From the IMG/VR virus record IMGVR_UViG_3300023184_000048, positions 52,742-116,741 of that record: a stretch of DNA of 64,000 nt; one strand, given 5' to 3'. A program made the translations under genes and the position numbers. Source of the stretch: a virus. Within the stretch, counting starts at the first letter, position 1. Each line of letters opens with the position of its first letter. Shown here in pieces: positions 9,456 to 19,206 of this stretch. Below the pieces are notes generated by a model. It was not told where the DNA came from, ran no database searches, and saw only the letters and a program-made list of their open reading frames with translations.

Positions 9456-9664
9456 AACTTGAAATAGGAAAAACATATATTACACTTTCGGATTTAGATT
9501 ACTATCAGTCTTTACAGCCGAAAGGAACCATTGTAAAATACATAGGAACCAAACAAGGGTCTGAATATAGACCGATATTTTATGTTTTTGAATTTCCAGA
9601 TGGCAGTAAACGATATATCGGAGATACTGAAGATGATATGAGTCAAGAAGTTCAAGAGTATTAA
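9452..9664 (+). CDS. Hypothetical protein
   Basis: ORF track. Confidence 0.7.
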   Translation: MKLEIGKTYITLSDLDYYQSLQPKGTIVKYIGTKQGSEYRPIFYVFEFPDGSKRYIGDTEDDMSQEVQEY

Positions 9665-9669
9665 TTATT

Positions 9670-9999
9670 ATGAAACCTGAAGAACAACAAATTGTGATTG
9701 CCGAGGCTTGCGGGTGGACTGAATTCTGGGAGACGGAACGCCAAGGTTGGCGTTCCCAAAACCCCGATGGTAGCGGGGACAACTTCCTCCCCGATTATCT
9801 GAGCGATCTCAACGCGATGCATGAAGCTGTAAAAACTTTACCGCAAAATATTAAACCGCGCTACTTTGCATGTCTTTGTTCTGTTGTCTCTGGCGCAATT
9901 TCTTTATATGGATATTCAGAAGCAACAGAAGCCACTGCCGCAAAACGCGCAGAAGCATTCCTCAAGGCCTTAGAACTTTGGGATGAGGCGCATCATTAA
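9670..9999 (+). CDS. Phage ABA-sandwich-like conserved protein, GC-rich
   Basis: IAEACGW..PDYLSDLNAMHEA..ATAAKRAEAFLKAL; 78/140 GC counted at 9691-9830. Confidence 0.65.
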   Translation: MKPEEQQIVIAEACGWTEFWETERQGWRSQNPDGSGDNFLPDYLSDLNAMHEAVKTLPQNIKPRYFACLCSVVSGAISLYGYSEATEATAAKRAEAFLKALELWDEAHH

Positions 10000-10090
10000 G
10001 ATAATCTTCGGTTGCATAATCTTATTCGGATGGGTAATCATGGAGGTGATCGAACTACTATACAAAACAATTAAGCATGAGAGAAATTAA
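9983..10090 (+). CDS. Small membrane peptide (35 aa)
   Basis: MRRIIKIIFGCIILFGWVIMEV..; fills the gap between genes. Confidence 0.5.
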   Translation: MRRIIKIIFGCIILFGWVIMEVIELLYKTIKHERN

Positions 10091-10553
10091 ATTTAGAGTC
10101 TGGCACAAAAAATATAAGAAGTGGTTGACTGATAACGATTATGGAACTCATGCTTCAAGTAATTGGATGATGGATGTGTTTACTGGCAAAATCATTGATT
10201 TTGTCGATGATAATAATTCATATTCACCTACATTTTATCCGAATTATTATATGGATGCGCATTGTATCATTGATGAATCCCCATTTGGTGTTCAACAATA
10301 CACTGGGTTGAAGGATGCAAATGGTGTTGACATTTATGAAGGTGATATCGTAAAAATAATATACGATAAAGCAATAGGAGAAGTTTATTTTGATTCTAAT
10401 TTAGGTGCTTTTAGATTAAAAGATAAAAGCGGTAAATCCTACCCGATTACAACATATAGATTTGATGAGACAAATAAACCTATCGGATTGATTAATGTTG
10501 CAGATGAAGTAGTTGGAAATATCTTCGAAAACCCTGAACTTTTAAAACAATGA
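10077..10553 (+). CDS. YopX family protein (second paralog)
   Basis: MREIKFRVW..QYTGLKDANG.DIYEGDIV..VVGNIFENPELL. Confidence 0.9.
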   Translation: MREIKFRVWHKKYKKWLTDNDYGTHASSNWMMDVFTGKIIDFVDDNNSYSPTFYPNYYMDAHCIIDESPFGVQQYTGLKDANGVDIYEGDIVKIIYDKAIGEVYFDSNLGAFRLKDKSGKSYPITTYRFDETNKPIGLINVADEVVGNIFENPELLKQ

Positions 10554-10966
10554 ATACACAAGTTAAACTAATTATTGCAAACACGCAAACAGATACAGTC
10601 TATTTCAATTATGGTGATGATTATTCAGATATTACACGGATAATGATTGAAGATCATTCTCTATGGGAGGAAGTTGAGGACATTTATGAATTACAAGATT
10701 TTGTTGAAGATTATAATCGAAATAACAAGAAGACAGGCAGTTTCGCATTTTTGATAATTAAAGATGAACAAATTACAGCACAATCAGCAATTGAAAGCAT
10801 TCGAAAGAAACGAAAAGATATTATTGAAAAAGCTGAAGCCAAAGAAGAAAAGCGTAAAGAATTGGCGGAAAAGAAAAAAGAAGAAGCTCGTCTTAAAAAA
10901 TTAGCTAAAACACAAGAGCAAAAAAGGCTTCTTTTCGAACAACTCAAAAAAGAACTCAATGAATGA
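10550..10966 (+). CDS. Hypothetical protein with C-terminal coiled coil
   Basis: ORF track. Confidence 0.75.
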   Translation: MNTQVKLIIANTQTDTVYFNYGDDYSDITRIMIEDHSLWEEVEDIYELQDFVEDYNRNNKKTGSFAFLIIKDEQITAQSAIESIRKKRKDIIEKAEAKEEKRKELAEKKKEEARLKKLAKTQEQKRLLFEQLKKELNE

Positions 10967-11619
10967 ATACCCTAGTTATTAGTGATATACATCTTGGAAG
11001 CGCAGTTAGTCAAAAAGAAGCAGTCTTGCGCGTTCTCAATCTGGACTTTCAAAAACTCGTTATTAACGGCGATTTATTCGACAGTTATTCATTCAAGCGA
11101 TTTGATAAGAAGGATTGGGCGATTCTTTCTAAGATTCGAAAACTCAGCAAATCTCATGAAGTCATTCTTGTGCATGGCAATCACGATTCGGACGCACAAT
11201 TTCTGAGTGCCATCACTGGCATGGACTTTGTTGAGAATTACTTAACCGTGATTAACGGCAAAAGAATATTCTTTGAACACGGTGACAAGTATGATCATTG
11301 GATCAAACACAAGCCATTTATAACTTGGTTCTTTACGGGTGCTTACTACTGGATTCAAAAGTATGATAAGAATCATAGCGCATCCAGAATACTTAAACGC
11401 ATGAGCAAATCATGGATCAAGGCTAAAGACATCGTATGTAAAAAGTTTGTCGAGAAGCACGGTTCAAAGAATGATATACTTGTAGCTGGTCATACACATT
11501 ATCCAGAAGTAAAATATTTTGAACATTGCGTCTATATAAACACAGGATCTTTCTGTGATGATAAGTGTTCATATTTGGAAATTTACGATGATGGATCGTT
11601 CGACTTAAAATTTATATAA
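10963..11619 (+). CDS. Metallophosphoesterase, LpxH-like
   Basis: SDIHLG, NGDLFD, GNHD, EHGD, GHTH, NTGS. Confidence 0.85.
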   Translation: MNTLVISDIHLGSAVSQKEAVLRVLNLDFQKLVINGDLFDSYSFKRFDKKDWAILSKIRKLSKSHEVILVHGNHDSDAQFLSAITGMDFVENYLTVINGKRIFFEHGDKYDHWIKHKPFITWFFTGAYYWIQKYDKNHSASRILKRMSKSWIKAKDIVCKKFVEKHGSKNDILVAGHTHYPEVKYFEHCVYINTGSFCDDKCSYLEIYDDGSFDLKFI

Positions 11620-11620
11620 T

Positions 11621-11845
11621 ATGAATCCAATATTAATACATAAAGATATCCTAGATTCTGGTTGGAGTTGGAGTTCGGATAAAACGCCGAGTGATATTCG
11701 AGTATACACTAGAAATTCTGTTGAGGATTCTGTTTGGTATTCTATTATAAATTCTACTTATAGACCTGTTCGGAATTCTGTTGTGGATTCTGTTCGGAGT
11801 TCTGTTAATTCTAAAATCAATGAATACACATTTGACAATCAATAA
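11621..11845 (+). CDS. Hypothetical protein with (N/D)SV repeats
   Basis: NSVEDSVW..NSVVDSVRSSVNS. Confidence 0.65.
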   Translation: MNPILIHKDILDSGWSWSSDKTPSDIRVYTRNSVEDSVWYSIINSTYRPVRNSVVDSVRSSVNSKINEYTFDNQ

Positions 11846-11865
11846 AACTACGATACAATCATAAT

Positions 11866-12201
11866 ATGAGCATATTTGACGACAGACAATACCTACACGG
11901 TTTACCTAAACCCGGCCAAAAAGTAAAATACATGAATCCTACGAAGTTTGCGTTTCACACCAACGTCATTGAGGATGAGAAGAATCTCCTTGAACTTGGT
12001 AAGGAATACACTGTTCGTAAGGTGAACCTTAATAGCAGCAGCACCTATGTATTCCTTGAAGAGTTTTGGGTTGAAGGACTCGATGAATATCGCAATAATC
12101 AAAAGTGTTTTAGTATGCATGCATTCGAATGGGAGATGCCTGAAATCAATCTTGAAGAATTAATTGGTAAGAATCCAAGTGATGTAATGAATAAAATTTA
12201 A
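11866..12201 (+). CDS. Hypothetical protein
   Basis: TTGACA-N16-TACAAT-N6-ATG with degenerate cassette. Confidence 0.75.
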   Translation: MSIFDDRQYLHGLPKPGQKVKYMNPTKFAFHTNVIEDEKNLLELGKEYTVRKVNLNSSSTYVFLEEFWVEGLDEYRNNQKCFSMHAFEWEMPEINLEELIGKNPSDVMNKI

Positions 12202-12204
12202 ACT

Positions 12205-12483
12205 ATGAAAAATAAATTAACCGGAGCAGACGAAGACTTAATCTTCAAAAATAAAAAGTTTATTGAAGAATTATCAAATGTTCAAAATCTTTATTTTGAA
12301 ACATTATGCGAAGACCTTGAATTGAATGAAATTGGAAATGATTATATGTTTGATTATATTTTCAATGATCATGGTGGTATTGGATTTGATGAATATATTG
12401 AAAAATATGGATTCAAAGGTAAAGATATTTTTGAAGATAATGATCATGATTCGTGTGAATCAATTTTAGATAACTGTCATTGA
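12205..12483 (+). CDS. Hypothetical acidic protein
   Basis: ORF track. Confidence 0.7.
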   Translation: MKNKLTGADEDLIFKNKKFIEELSNVQNLYFETLCEDLELNEIGNDYMFDYIFNDHGGIGFDEYIEKYGFKGKDIFEDNDHDSCESILDNCH

Positions 12484-12484
12484 T

Positions 12485-12991
12485 ATGAATAAAGACATTA
12501 CACTACCATACGAATTAGCAACAAAGGATTTATCTCTCCAAGAAATTGGAACTATATTCACCATGTTCGCAACTCAAAGAATGTCACCGGAAGAAGTCAC
12601 CAAATGGGCCAAAGATGATGAGTATCTTGAATCTGTTGAGTATTTACTGGAACGAGAATATGTAAAAATCAGATATGATGAATATGATAATGCTATTATG
12701 GATATTGATCTAACTGATAAAGAACCAGAACCATTTTGGGAACTGTGTGATTATGATGATGAGAGTAATCCAATCTATCAACATCCATCTCATTTTGGTG
12801 ATGATGAATATGGAACTTATTTTTTCAAAATATATCCAAAATTAGTTGACTTAAAGATTATTTGGGTTGATATGTCAGATTCAGAGCTACTTGATAGTAA
12901 TCAATATTTTGAAAGCTTGGAGGAAGCGGAGGAGTTTTATAAAAAGCTTCTAAAAGATCAATTAGAATATATTTATGAGCAAGGGAGATAA
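12485..12991 (+). CDS. Hypothetical acidic protein
   Basis: ORF track. Confidence 0.75.
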   Translation: MNKDITLPYELATKDLSLQEIGTIFTMFATQRMSPEEVTKWAKDDEYLESVEYLLEREYVKIRYDEYDNAIMDIDLTDKEPEPFWELCDYDDESNPIYQHPSHFGDDEYGTYFFKIYPKLVDLKIIWVDMSDSELLDSNQYFESLEEAEEFYKKLLKDQLEYIYEQGR

Positions 12992-13160
12992 AGATAGAAC
13001 AAAAAATTTGGAATCTTACCGATCAAGTCCTCTTTGGGATAAGATTGGTAAAGATAAGAAGAAGTATGAAACATATACAGAATTTTCAAATAATTTCTTC
13101 AAAGAACATCCAGAATTATATGATAAATTAGAAGATATTAAGGGAGAAAATCTTGATTAA
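12975..13160 (+). CDS. Hypothetical protein
   Basis: ORF track. Confidence 0.65.
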   Translation: MSKGDKDRTKNLESYRSSPLWDKIGKDKKKYETYTEFSNNFFKEHPELYDKLEDIKGENLD

Positions 13161-13181
13161 AAACTAGAATATAATACGCTT

Positions 13182-13907
13182 ATGACTTATAATTTTAGAA
13201 GCGATTGCGTCATACTTTTAGGGGATACTCATTCACACCATACTCTATACGAAATGGTTATCAGGATTCCTAAAGATTCTGATTTGATTTCTCTTGGTGA
13301 TAATGGTTTTGCGTTTGGTGAAGATCGGGCAAAAGCAATTTATTACACTGATAATATGCTTAAACTAATTAATGATTTTTGTAAATGTGAAAATATTAAT
13401 CTGTATATTTTAATTGGTAATCATGATGCACCATACCCAGAAATTTGGGATAAAAAATGGTCCAATATTTTTCTGACGAAATCTGGAGATTATGGAATAT
13501 TTCCAAATGGTAAAAAGGCTTTGCTTGTTGGGGGTGGTATTAGTGTTGATCGCTGCTCCCGTAAACAGAATATTGATTATTGGTCAGAAGAAATAACCCC
13601 ATATATTACCGACATAGATAAATGTGATTATCTCCTCAGTCATGATTGTCCAGAGGAATTTAATCATCAAACCAATTCTTTATATAAAAGATTTCAATGG
13701 GCTTTAGATAAAGACCCAACACTTCTCGAAGATTGTAAAAAACAAAGAAATAATATGACAAGAATTTTAAAGGAGTGCGGGGCAGAAGAACTCTACCATG
13801 CACACATGCATAATAATATAACACAAACAATTGATGGTGTGTATGGCAGGTGTGTAGACATTAATGAATTATACTTTTTAGACACGAATCATGAGAGAAC
13901 AAATTAA
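13182..13907 (+). CDS. Calcineurin-like metallophosphoesterase
   Basis: LGDTH, GDNG, GNHD, GGGISVDR, SHDCP, HAHMH. Confidence 0.85.
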   Translation: MTYNFRSDCVILLGDTHSHHTLYEMVIRIPKDSDLISLGDNGFAFGEDRAKAIYYTDNMLKLINDFCKCENINLYILIGNHDAPYPEIWDKKWSNIFLTKSGDYGIFPNGKKALLVGGGISVDRCSRKQNIDYWSEEITPYITDIDKCDYLLSHDCPEEFNHQTNSLYKRFQWALDKDPTLLEDCKKQRNNMTRILKECGAEELYHAHMHNNITQTIDGVYGRCVDINELYFLDTNHERTN

Positions 13908-14481
13908 ACGTCTATTTCTGGACTGCGATGAATGTAAAATTTCGAGTCTATATGCTAATAATGTCCACCACGCAGATCAATTAATTGAAACGTATGGACA
14001 GTATTGGGAAGGTTATAAGTATTCCTTAAATGAGGGGACTGGATGGGATTCAAACATTGGGTGGTATGTCACCTTTATTAGACCTTGGGCTAAAGAATTT
14101 TTAAAATGGTCACAAGATACTTATGGTAGGGACAATGTCTATTTCCTTACCATGGGAACTGCTGATTACATTTTTAAAATGAATTCTTTATTAAAATTTG
14201 ACATCGAAAATGATCATATCTTGACAAGAGAAGATATTCACTACCCCAGATATAATTTTGATGATTCTAATAATGTCTTGGTAGATAATGAAAACTATCA
14301 ATATCACTCTTTTGGAAATGGTTTGAATAAGGTGAATTTCTTAAGTGGGTTGCCGCCCCAGAAGCTGGTCCAAGTTAAGCATTTTGATGTAAGGTATTTT
14401 AAACCTAAAAATGATAATGGTTATGTTGAACATGTCAAAAAAGAAATAATTAAAGCATTTGAATGGAAATATGAAAGTTAA
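13891..14481 (+). CDS. HAD-superfamily (FCP1/NIF-like) phosphatase
   Basis: LFLDCDE (DxD), IRPWAKEFL, FLTMGT..Y, VLVDN. Confidence 0.65.
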   Translation: MREQIKRLFLDCDECKISSLYANNVHHADQLIETYGQYWEGYKYSLNEGTGWDSNIGWYVTFIRPWAKEFLKWSQDTYGRDNVYFLTMGTADYIFKMNSLLKFDIENDHILTREDIHYPRYNFDDSNNVLVDNENYQYHSFGNGLNKVNFLSGLPPQKLVQVKHFDVRYFKPKNDNGYVEHVKKEIIKAFEWKYES

Positions 14482-14683
14482 AGAAATATACCCAGAAAAA
14501 ATTGTGATCACTTACGATATGGTGGTTGTTGAAAATGGGGAGGAGCAATGCTATACCAGACATAACGCAAATACTTGGAGCTTCTTCGTATCATATGGTA
14601 TTTATGGAGAGGATTATGATGTTGATGATGAAAAAGCTAAACAATTAGAAGCATTATTTCAGGAATACAAGGAATTGGTATAA
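14471..14683 (+). CDS. Hypothetical protein
   Basis: ORF track; start refined to ATG. Confidence 0.7.
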   Translation: MKVKEIYPEKIVITYDMVVVENGEEQCYTRHNANTWSFFVSYGIYGEDYDVDDEKAKQLEALFQEYKELV

Positions 14684-14709
14684 ATTAAAAACTAGAATAT
14701 AATAAACAC

Positions 14710-14904
14710 ATGATAAAAAAATTACTTAGAGAATTGCAGGAAACATTTAACTACACCGAAGAAGAACTGAACGAGATTCAAGAAGCCATGGAAGAATTTG
14801 GAAATTCTTGTTACGATCTTGGATTCAAGGATGGGTGCAAACAATTCGACATCGAACAGGAATACTATCAGGGATTCTCTTATGGTAAGAAGGAGGATCA
14901 ATAA
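14710..14904 (+). CDS. Hypothetical protein
   Basis: Cassette-N6-ATG. Confidence 0.75.
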   Translation: MIKKLLRELQETFNYTEEELNEIQEAMEEFGNSCYDLGFKDGCKQFDIEQEYYQGFSYGKKEDQ

Positions 14905-14906
14905 TT

Positions 14907-15107
14907 ATGGCAGCTAAGAAAAAAATTAAAGTGGATTATATAACCATTGAGAAGGAGGATACTATTTTAATTGCTCTTCTCGAACGATATTGGAAATTAG
15001 TCAAGATTGAAGATATTGGAAAAACGTTAGCAATTACAAAAGCGGTTGATAAATTAGAAGAATTCATTAATAAGCGTAAACAAGAAATCAAAGATGAAAA
15101 CGCCTAA
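14907..15107 (+). CDS. Hypothetical protein
   Basis: ORF track. Confidence 0.7.
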   Translation: MAAKKKIKVDYITIEKEDTILIALLERYWKLVKIEDIGKTLAITKAVDKLEEFINKRKQEIKDENA

Positions 15108-15474
15108 ATATACCGGAGTCGAAGTAAGAAAATTTGACCTTTTTGGATGGTTGATGTGTATCCTTGGGTTGTGGTGTATTTGGACATTCACGACAACCAG
15201 AGAGTGGACACTTGTATTTTTATCCTTTTTATGTTTTTGGGATTATGTTATCAGGGTATCATTTGGTAGGGTTTACAAACATGTCTATTATGATACAATC
15301 CTCTATCCAATGTATGAATTGGAAGTTGATATGGCAGATGAAACATATTTTGTATGTGCTGAAAATCAGGATGAATTAGATCTATATATGGAACAACATT
15401 ATCCTAATATGAAGTATAAGATTCTAAGAGAGACACATGTCGAGAGTTATATAAAAACTGAAGAATTTCAATAA
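15094..15474 (+). CDS. Hypothetical membrane protein
   Basis: Two hydrophobic segments. Confidence 0.7.
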   Translation: MKTPKYTGVEVRKFDLFGWLMCILGLWCIWTFTTTREWTLVFLSFLCFWDYVIRVSFGRVYKHVYYDTILYPMYELEVDMADETYFVCAENQDELDLYMEQHYPNMKYKILRETHVESYIKTEEFQ

Positions 15475-15499
15475 TTAAAAACTAAAATATAATACGATT

Positions 15500-16153
15500 A
15501 TGATTACCTATAAAAGAGGGGATTTATTGGACTATTTTAGGAATGACGAGTGTTCTGTGGTGTTACATAGCTGTAATACTTTAGGGGTGATGGGGGGCTT
15601 TGCTGGTCAGGTCAGACAACAATATTCAAAAGCTTTCCAAGATTATATAGAAGTTTATGAAAGTATTGGTTTATATTTGGGTTCTGTTATCACATCTGAA
15701 GTTGAGGATGGTAAGTATATTTTCAATATGGTCAATCAGGATAGTATCGGAAGAGGATCTAGAAAGGTTGACTATGAGGCACTATATAAGACTTTAGAAA
15801 CCTCTAGATATTGGGTTGATAAACTTCAAATTGAAGGCAATATTGGGATACCTTCAAAACTCTCGTCGGACCTTGGGGGTGGATCGTGGAGAGTTGTAAA
15901 AGCAATGATCGATGAAGTTTTCAAGGATCATGAAGTCCTTATTGTTGAATATGATACATCTGAGAAATCAAAATATGGATACATGTGTGATGAACAAGAT
16001 GTTGAAGATTGGGTTGATCGTATTGTTGGTGAATTGTATGGAACATCTTCTTGGATCGCTTTGAGTGCCATTGAAAAGTGGATGAAATCACCTGATTGTG
16101 ATAAAGGAGATTTGAGAAGAATTAAGGATATTGTTGACAAATACGTTGATTAA
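15500..16153 (+). CDS. Macro domain (ADP-ribose processing, T4 Tk.4/Poa1-like) protein
   Basis: ITYKRGDLL, HSCNTLGVMGG, IFNM.NQ, IGIP.L.SDLGGGSW. Confidence 0.85.
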   Translation: MITYKRGDLLDYFRNDECSVVLHSCNTLGVMGGFAGQVRQQYSKAFQDYIEVYESIGLYLGSVITSEVEDGKYIFNMVNQDSIGRGSRKVDYEALYKTLETSRYWVDKLQIEGNIGIPSKLSSDLGGGSWRVVKAMIDEVFKDHEVLIVEYDTSEKSKYGYMCDEQDVEDWVDRIVGELYGTSSWIALSAIEKWMKSPDCDKGDLRRIKDIVDKYVD

Positions 16154-16174
16154 AAACTAGAGCATAATACACAT

Positions 16175-16633
16175 ATGAATATTATCAGAACAGTAGCAGA
16201 ACCTCTAAAAAAACCAAGTAAACTTAAATGTTTTTGGTGGAAGCTTGAAAGAAAATGGCAAAATATTTGTGATTTCTTCAATCCTAAGAATGAATGGTTT
16301 TATGAAGATATTCCAAATCATTATGTTGAAAATAATGATTTGATTAAAATTGTTCTATACAAGACTCTTGTAAGTTATGTTGAAGTCGAAAAAGGACTTC
16401 AACATTCTGATTGGTCTGAAGGTGATGCTCCAAGCTATAAAGAATTGATAGAAGCTTGTTATGAGGGAATTACAGTAACACTCCCAGAACTTCAGAAAAT
16501 CATGGACTCTGTTCATTATCCTTGGACAGAAGATGAATGGAGATTGTATTCTGATACATCTGATGAATTTGATAAGACTGAACAATTGATTTGTGAAACA
16601 ATTGTAAAAATTAGAGGAGTTCTTTGGACATGA
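16175..16633 (+). CDS. Hypothetical protein
   Basis: Cassette-N6-ATG. Confidence 0.75.
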   Translation: MNIIRTVAEPLKKPSKLKCFWWKLERKWQNICDFFNPKNEWFYEDIPNHYVENNDLIKIVLYKTLVSYVEVEKGLQHSDWSEGDAPSYKELIEACYEGITVTLPELQKIMDSVHYPWTEDEWRLYSDTSDEFDKTEQLICETIVKIRGVLWT

Positions 16634-17040
16634 ATGAACAAGAATCTCTGAAATTTGTCCAGAGTGTAGCATCTGAAAATGGTATGCTCAATGTCGAAAA
16701 GGCAACACTAGGACAAATTTATTCATTTCTGGATTCTTTGAGTTGTAGTAGATCAATCCCTAAAAAGATTAAAACTGATAAGGTCTTGACGAAAAAGGAA
16801 AAAACGAAACTTAAAAATAATCAAAAAATTCACTTTAAACGTAGATTTCAGGAAAGAGTTGGTTATGTCTTGACAGATGAGAAGTATGATGTATTATGTG
16901 ATCTTATCCGAAAAGATGGTCATTTCTTATCAAAACATGAAGGTTCAAACCAATCAATCTTTTCGGTAAATTATGAAAGAATAAATTTGAAAGTGGTTTA
17001 TAATGCTTATGATAATATTTTGATTACTGTCTTGCCATAA
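16630..17040 (+). CDS. Hypothetical protein
   Basis: ATGA overlap; HFKRRFQER..ITVL C-terminal pattern. Confidence 0.7.
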   Translation: MNEQESLKFVQSVASENGMLNVEKATLGQIYSFLDSLSCSRSIPKKIKTDKVLTKKEKTKLKNNQKIHFKRRFQERVGYVLTDEKYDVLCDLIRKDGHFLSKHEGSNQSIFSVNYERINLKVVYNAYDNILITVLP

Positions 17041-17041
17041 A

Positions 17042-17326
17042 ATGAAATATAAAATTAAAACATCTTTTGGATGCACTTCCAATTGTATAGAAATTAATGA
17101 TAAGCTGTATTATTGTGAAGATCCTCGTTATGGTTTAACTGATGAAGAACGAAACAAATTTCATGATGACTTATTCAAACAAATCAGAACATTATTTGAT
17201 GATAGTAGAATTGGTGTGATCAATCTTATTGAAATGCTTGATGTTGAAGATGTTGAATATTCTGAGACATGTGAACAATGTTTTGATAGCGTGACCACCA
17301 CAACTTATGAAGAATTTGGAGATTGA
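17042..17326 (+). CDS. Hypothetical protein
   Basis: ORF track. Confidence 0.7.
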   Translation: MKYKIKTSFGCTSNCIEINDKLYYCEDPRYGLTDEERNKFHDDLFKQIRTLFDDSRIGVINLIEMLDVEDVEYSETCEQCFDSVTTTTYEEFGD

Positions 17327-17356
17327 CTTAATTAAAAACTGGAATATGATACACTC

Positions 17357-18391
17357 ATGAAAAAGCATTACTCATTCCCAAAAATTGGGCAATATCATCA
17401 AACTATTCGACACTTGAAACTTCAACACTCTTATCAGGGTAAGGATGAAAATGGTGATCCAATTTATAAAGAACCTGATGTGTGGCCAGTGGTTAAATTC
17501 AAGGGAACCGTAAAATTGCATGGTAGCAACGGAGCAGTTGTATTCTCTCCTCATGGTTCTTTCTATTGCCAATCCAGAGAAAATGTGATTGATGAAATTA
17601 AGGATAATGCTGGATTCGCTCATTGGGTGAATAAGGAAGGTCATAAAATTTGGGAAGATGTATGGCATAAAGTTGATCTGAATATTGATAAACATGATTC
17701 GCTCATTAAACTTATTGTGGTGTTCGGAGAATGGTGTTGTGGTTCGATTCAGAAAGGCGTAGCATTAAATGAACTCTCCAAGAGATTTGTAATTTTTGGA
17801 TTAAAGATTATATTTGAAGATGAGACTACTCGATGGATGGATTCTTCTGGAATTATAAACTCAGAAATTAGTGTTTATAATATTGAAGATGCGCCAACTT
17901 ATGAAATTGAAGTTGACTTAAATCGTCCAGACAAAGCCATTGAACAGATGAACACTTGGGTTGATGAAATTGATGCTGAATGCCCATTCGCTAAGATGTT
18001 TAATGTTTCTGGGCATGGTGAAGGAATTGTGTGGCGAGAAGCTGGAAAATTTGGATATGATACTTCATTCAAAACTAAAGGAGAATCCCACAGCAAGTCC
18101 AAAATCAAAAAGCTTCCTACTGTTGATGTTCAAAAGATGGACAATATTCAACAAGCGATTGATACTCATTGTCATGAAGATAGAATGCTTCAAATTTATG
18201 ATAAAGTTGTAGTGACTGAAGCTGATAAGACTCCAAAAAACATTGGATTATACTTGCAGAAATTGATCGAAGATTGCTGGACTGAAGAGGGTGATTCTAT
18301 GAGAGCTTCTGATATTTCTCGTAAGGATTTTGGTGCTGCTGTTTCTAAAAAGGCTGCTAAGTGGTTTCAAAACAAATTACAAGAATTTTAA
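17357..18391 (+). CDS. RNA ligase, Rnl2 family
   Basis: Motif I TVKLHGSN, SR, VFGEW.CGSIQKGV, GEGIVW, FKTK. Confidence 0.85.
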   Translation: MKKHYSFPKIGQYHQTIRHLKLQHSYQGKDENGDPIYKEPDVWPVVKFKGTVKLHGSNGAVVFSPHGSFYCQSRENVIDEIKDNAGFAHWVNKEGHKIWEDVWHKVDLNIDKHDSLIKLIVVFGEWCCGSIQKGVALNELSKRFVIFGLKIIFEDETTRWMDSSGIINSEISVYNIEDAPTYEIEVDLNRPDKAIEQMNTWVDEIDAECPFAKMFNVSGHGEGIVWREAGKFGYDTSFKTKGESHSKSKIKKLPTVDVQKMDNIQQAIDTHCHEDRMLQIYDKVVVTEADKTPKNIGLYLQKLIEDCWTEEGDSMRASDISRKDFGAAVSKKAAKWFQNKLQEF

Positions 18392-18594
18392 TGAAGACTA
18401 ATTGGGAAAAGATTGCTGATGATTTGTATAAATCATTGAAGAGAACTCCATATCATGAGTGTGGGGAGCTTGATCATGGTGGTGATAAATCTCATTATCA
18501 TAAATGTGACGAATCTTGTCCTGTGATAAAAAAGATCGAGAAATCCATAGAAAATTATCAGAAGTTGAAAGAATTAAAAACTAAAATACAATAA
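18391..18594 (+). CDS. Hypothetical protein
   Basis: TAATG overlap; ends inside the next cassette. Confidence 0.65.
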   Translation: MKTNWEKIADDLYKSLKRTPYHECGELDHGGDKSHYHKCDESCPVIKKIEKSIENYQKLKELKTKIQ

Positions 18595-18598
18595 GCTC

Positions 18599-18913
18599 AT
18601 GACAAGACGATATAGACTTACCAAAATCAAGGAGTGTGAAAATCCCGTAGTTAAAGCAGCACAAACACCAGCAGAATACAGAGCATCATTACACACTAAT
18701 GATGAACTATCACCTTCTGTTGATTATTATGTAGAGGGTTATCCTCTGGACACTCCAAAAGTAAGAGAGAATTTTAACTTTTTTCGAGATAATCGAAATG
18801 GTGTAAAGATTGATGGAATTATGTCAACATCTACTGTTAGGCAAATTCATGATTTCGGTGATTACATGGAAATAACTACAAGTAATAGTGTTTACGTTTT
18901 GACAAAATTATGA
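18599..18913 (+). CDS. Hypothetical protein
   Basis: Cassette-N6-ATG. Confidence 0.75.
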   Translation: MTRRYRLTKIKECENPVVKAAQTPAEYRASLHTNDELSPSVDYYVEGYPLDTPKVRENFNFFRDNRNGVKIDGIMSTSTVRQIHDFGDYMEITTSNSVYVLTKL

Positions 18914-19206
18914 AAGCATACCCAGCATACTTCTCGAAAGATCTTTTAAATCAATTTGCCACAGATGAGACACGTAATGATATTTGGAAATGGTTGAATT
19001 ATAATGCCCATGATAAAGGTTATGTGATGGTCTGCGAAGTTGATCAATATAGTTTGGAATGTGAACCTTATGATTTTCAAACACAACCAGATCCAATTGT
19101 GGTCAAATTTTTGAATGATGTGCTGAAAGAATATGGTGAATGTCGTGACCATGATTCGACGTTACCTAGCGGTGGATGGAAACAAATTGATATTATTGTG
19201 TTATGA
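18910..19206 (+). CDS. Hypothetical protein
   Basis: ATGA overlap. Confidence 0.7.
   Translation: MKAYPAYFSKDLLNQFATDETRNDIWKWLNYNAHDKGYVMVCEVDQYSLECEPYDFQTQPDPIVVKFLNDVLKEYGECRDHDSTLPSGGWKQIDIIVL

Noticed and set aside
10040-10055. Perfect SD GGAGGTG upstream of YopX
   Set aside because: About 25 nt from the ATG and explained as codons of the small ORF 9983..10090
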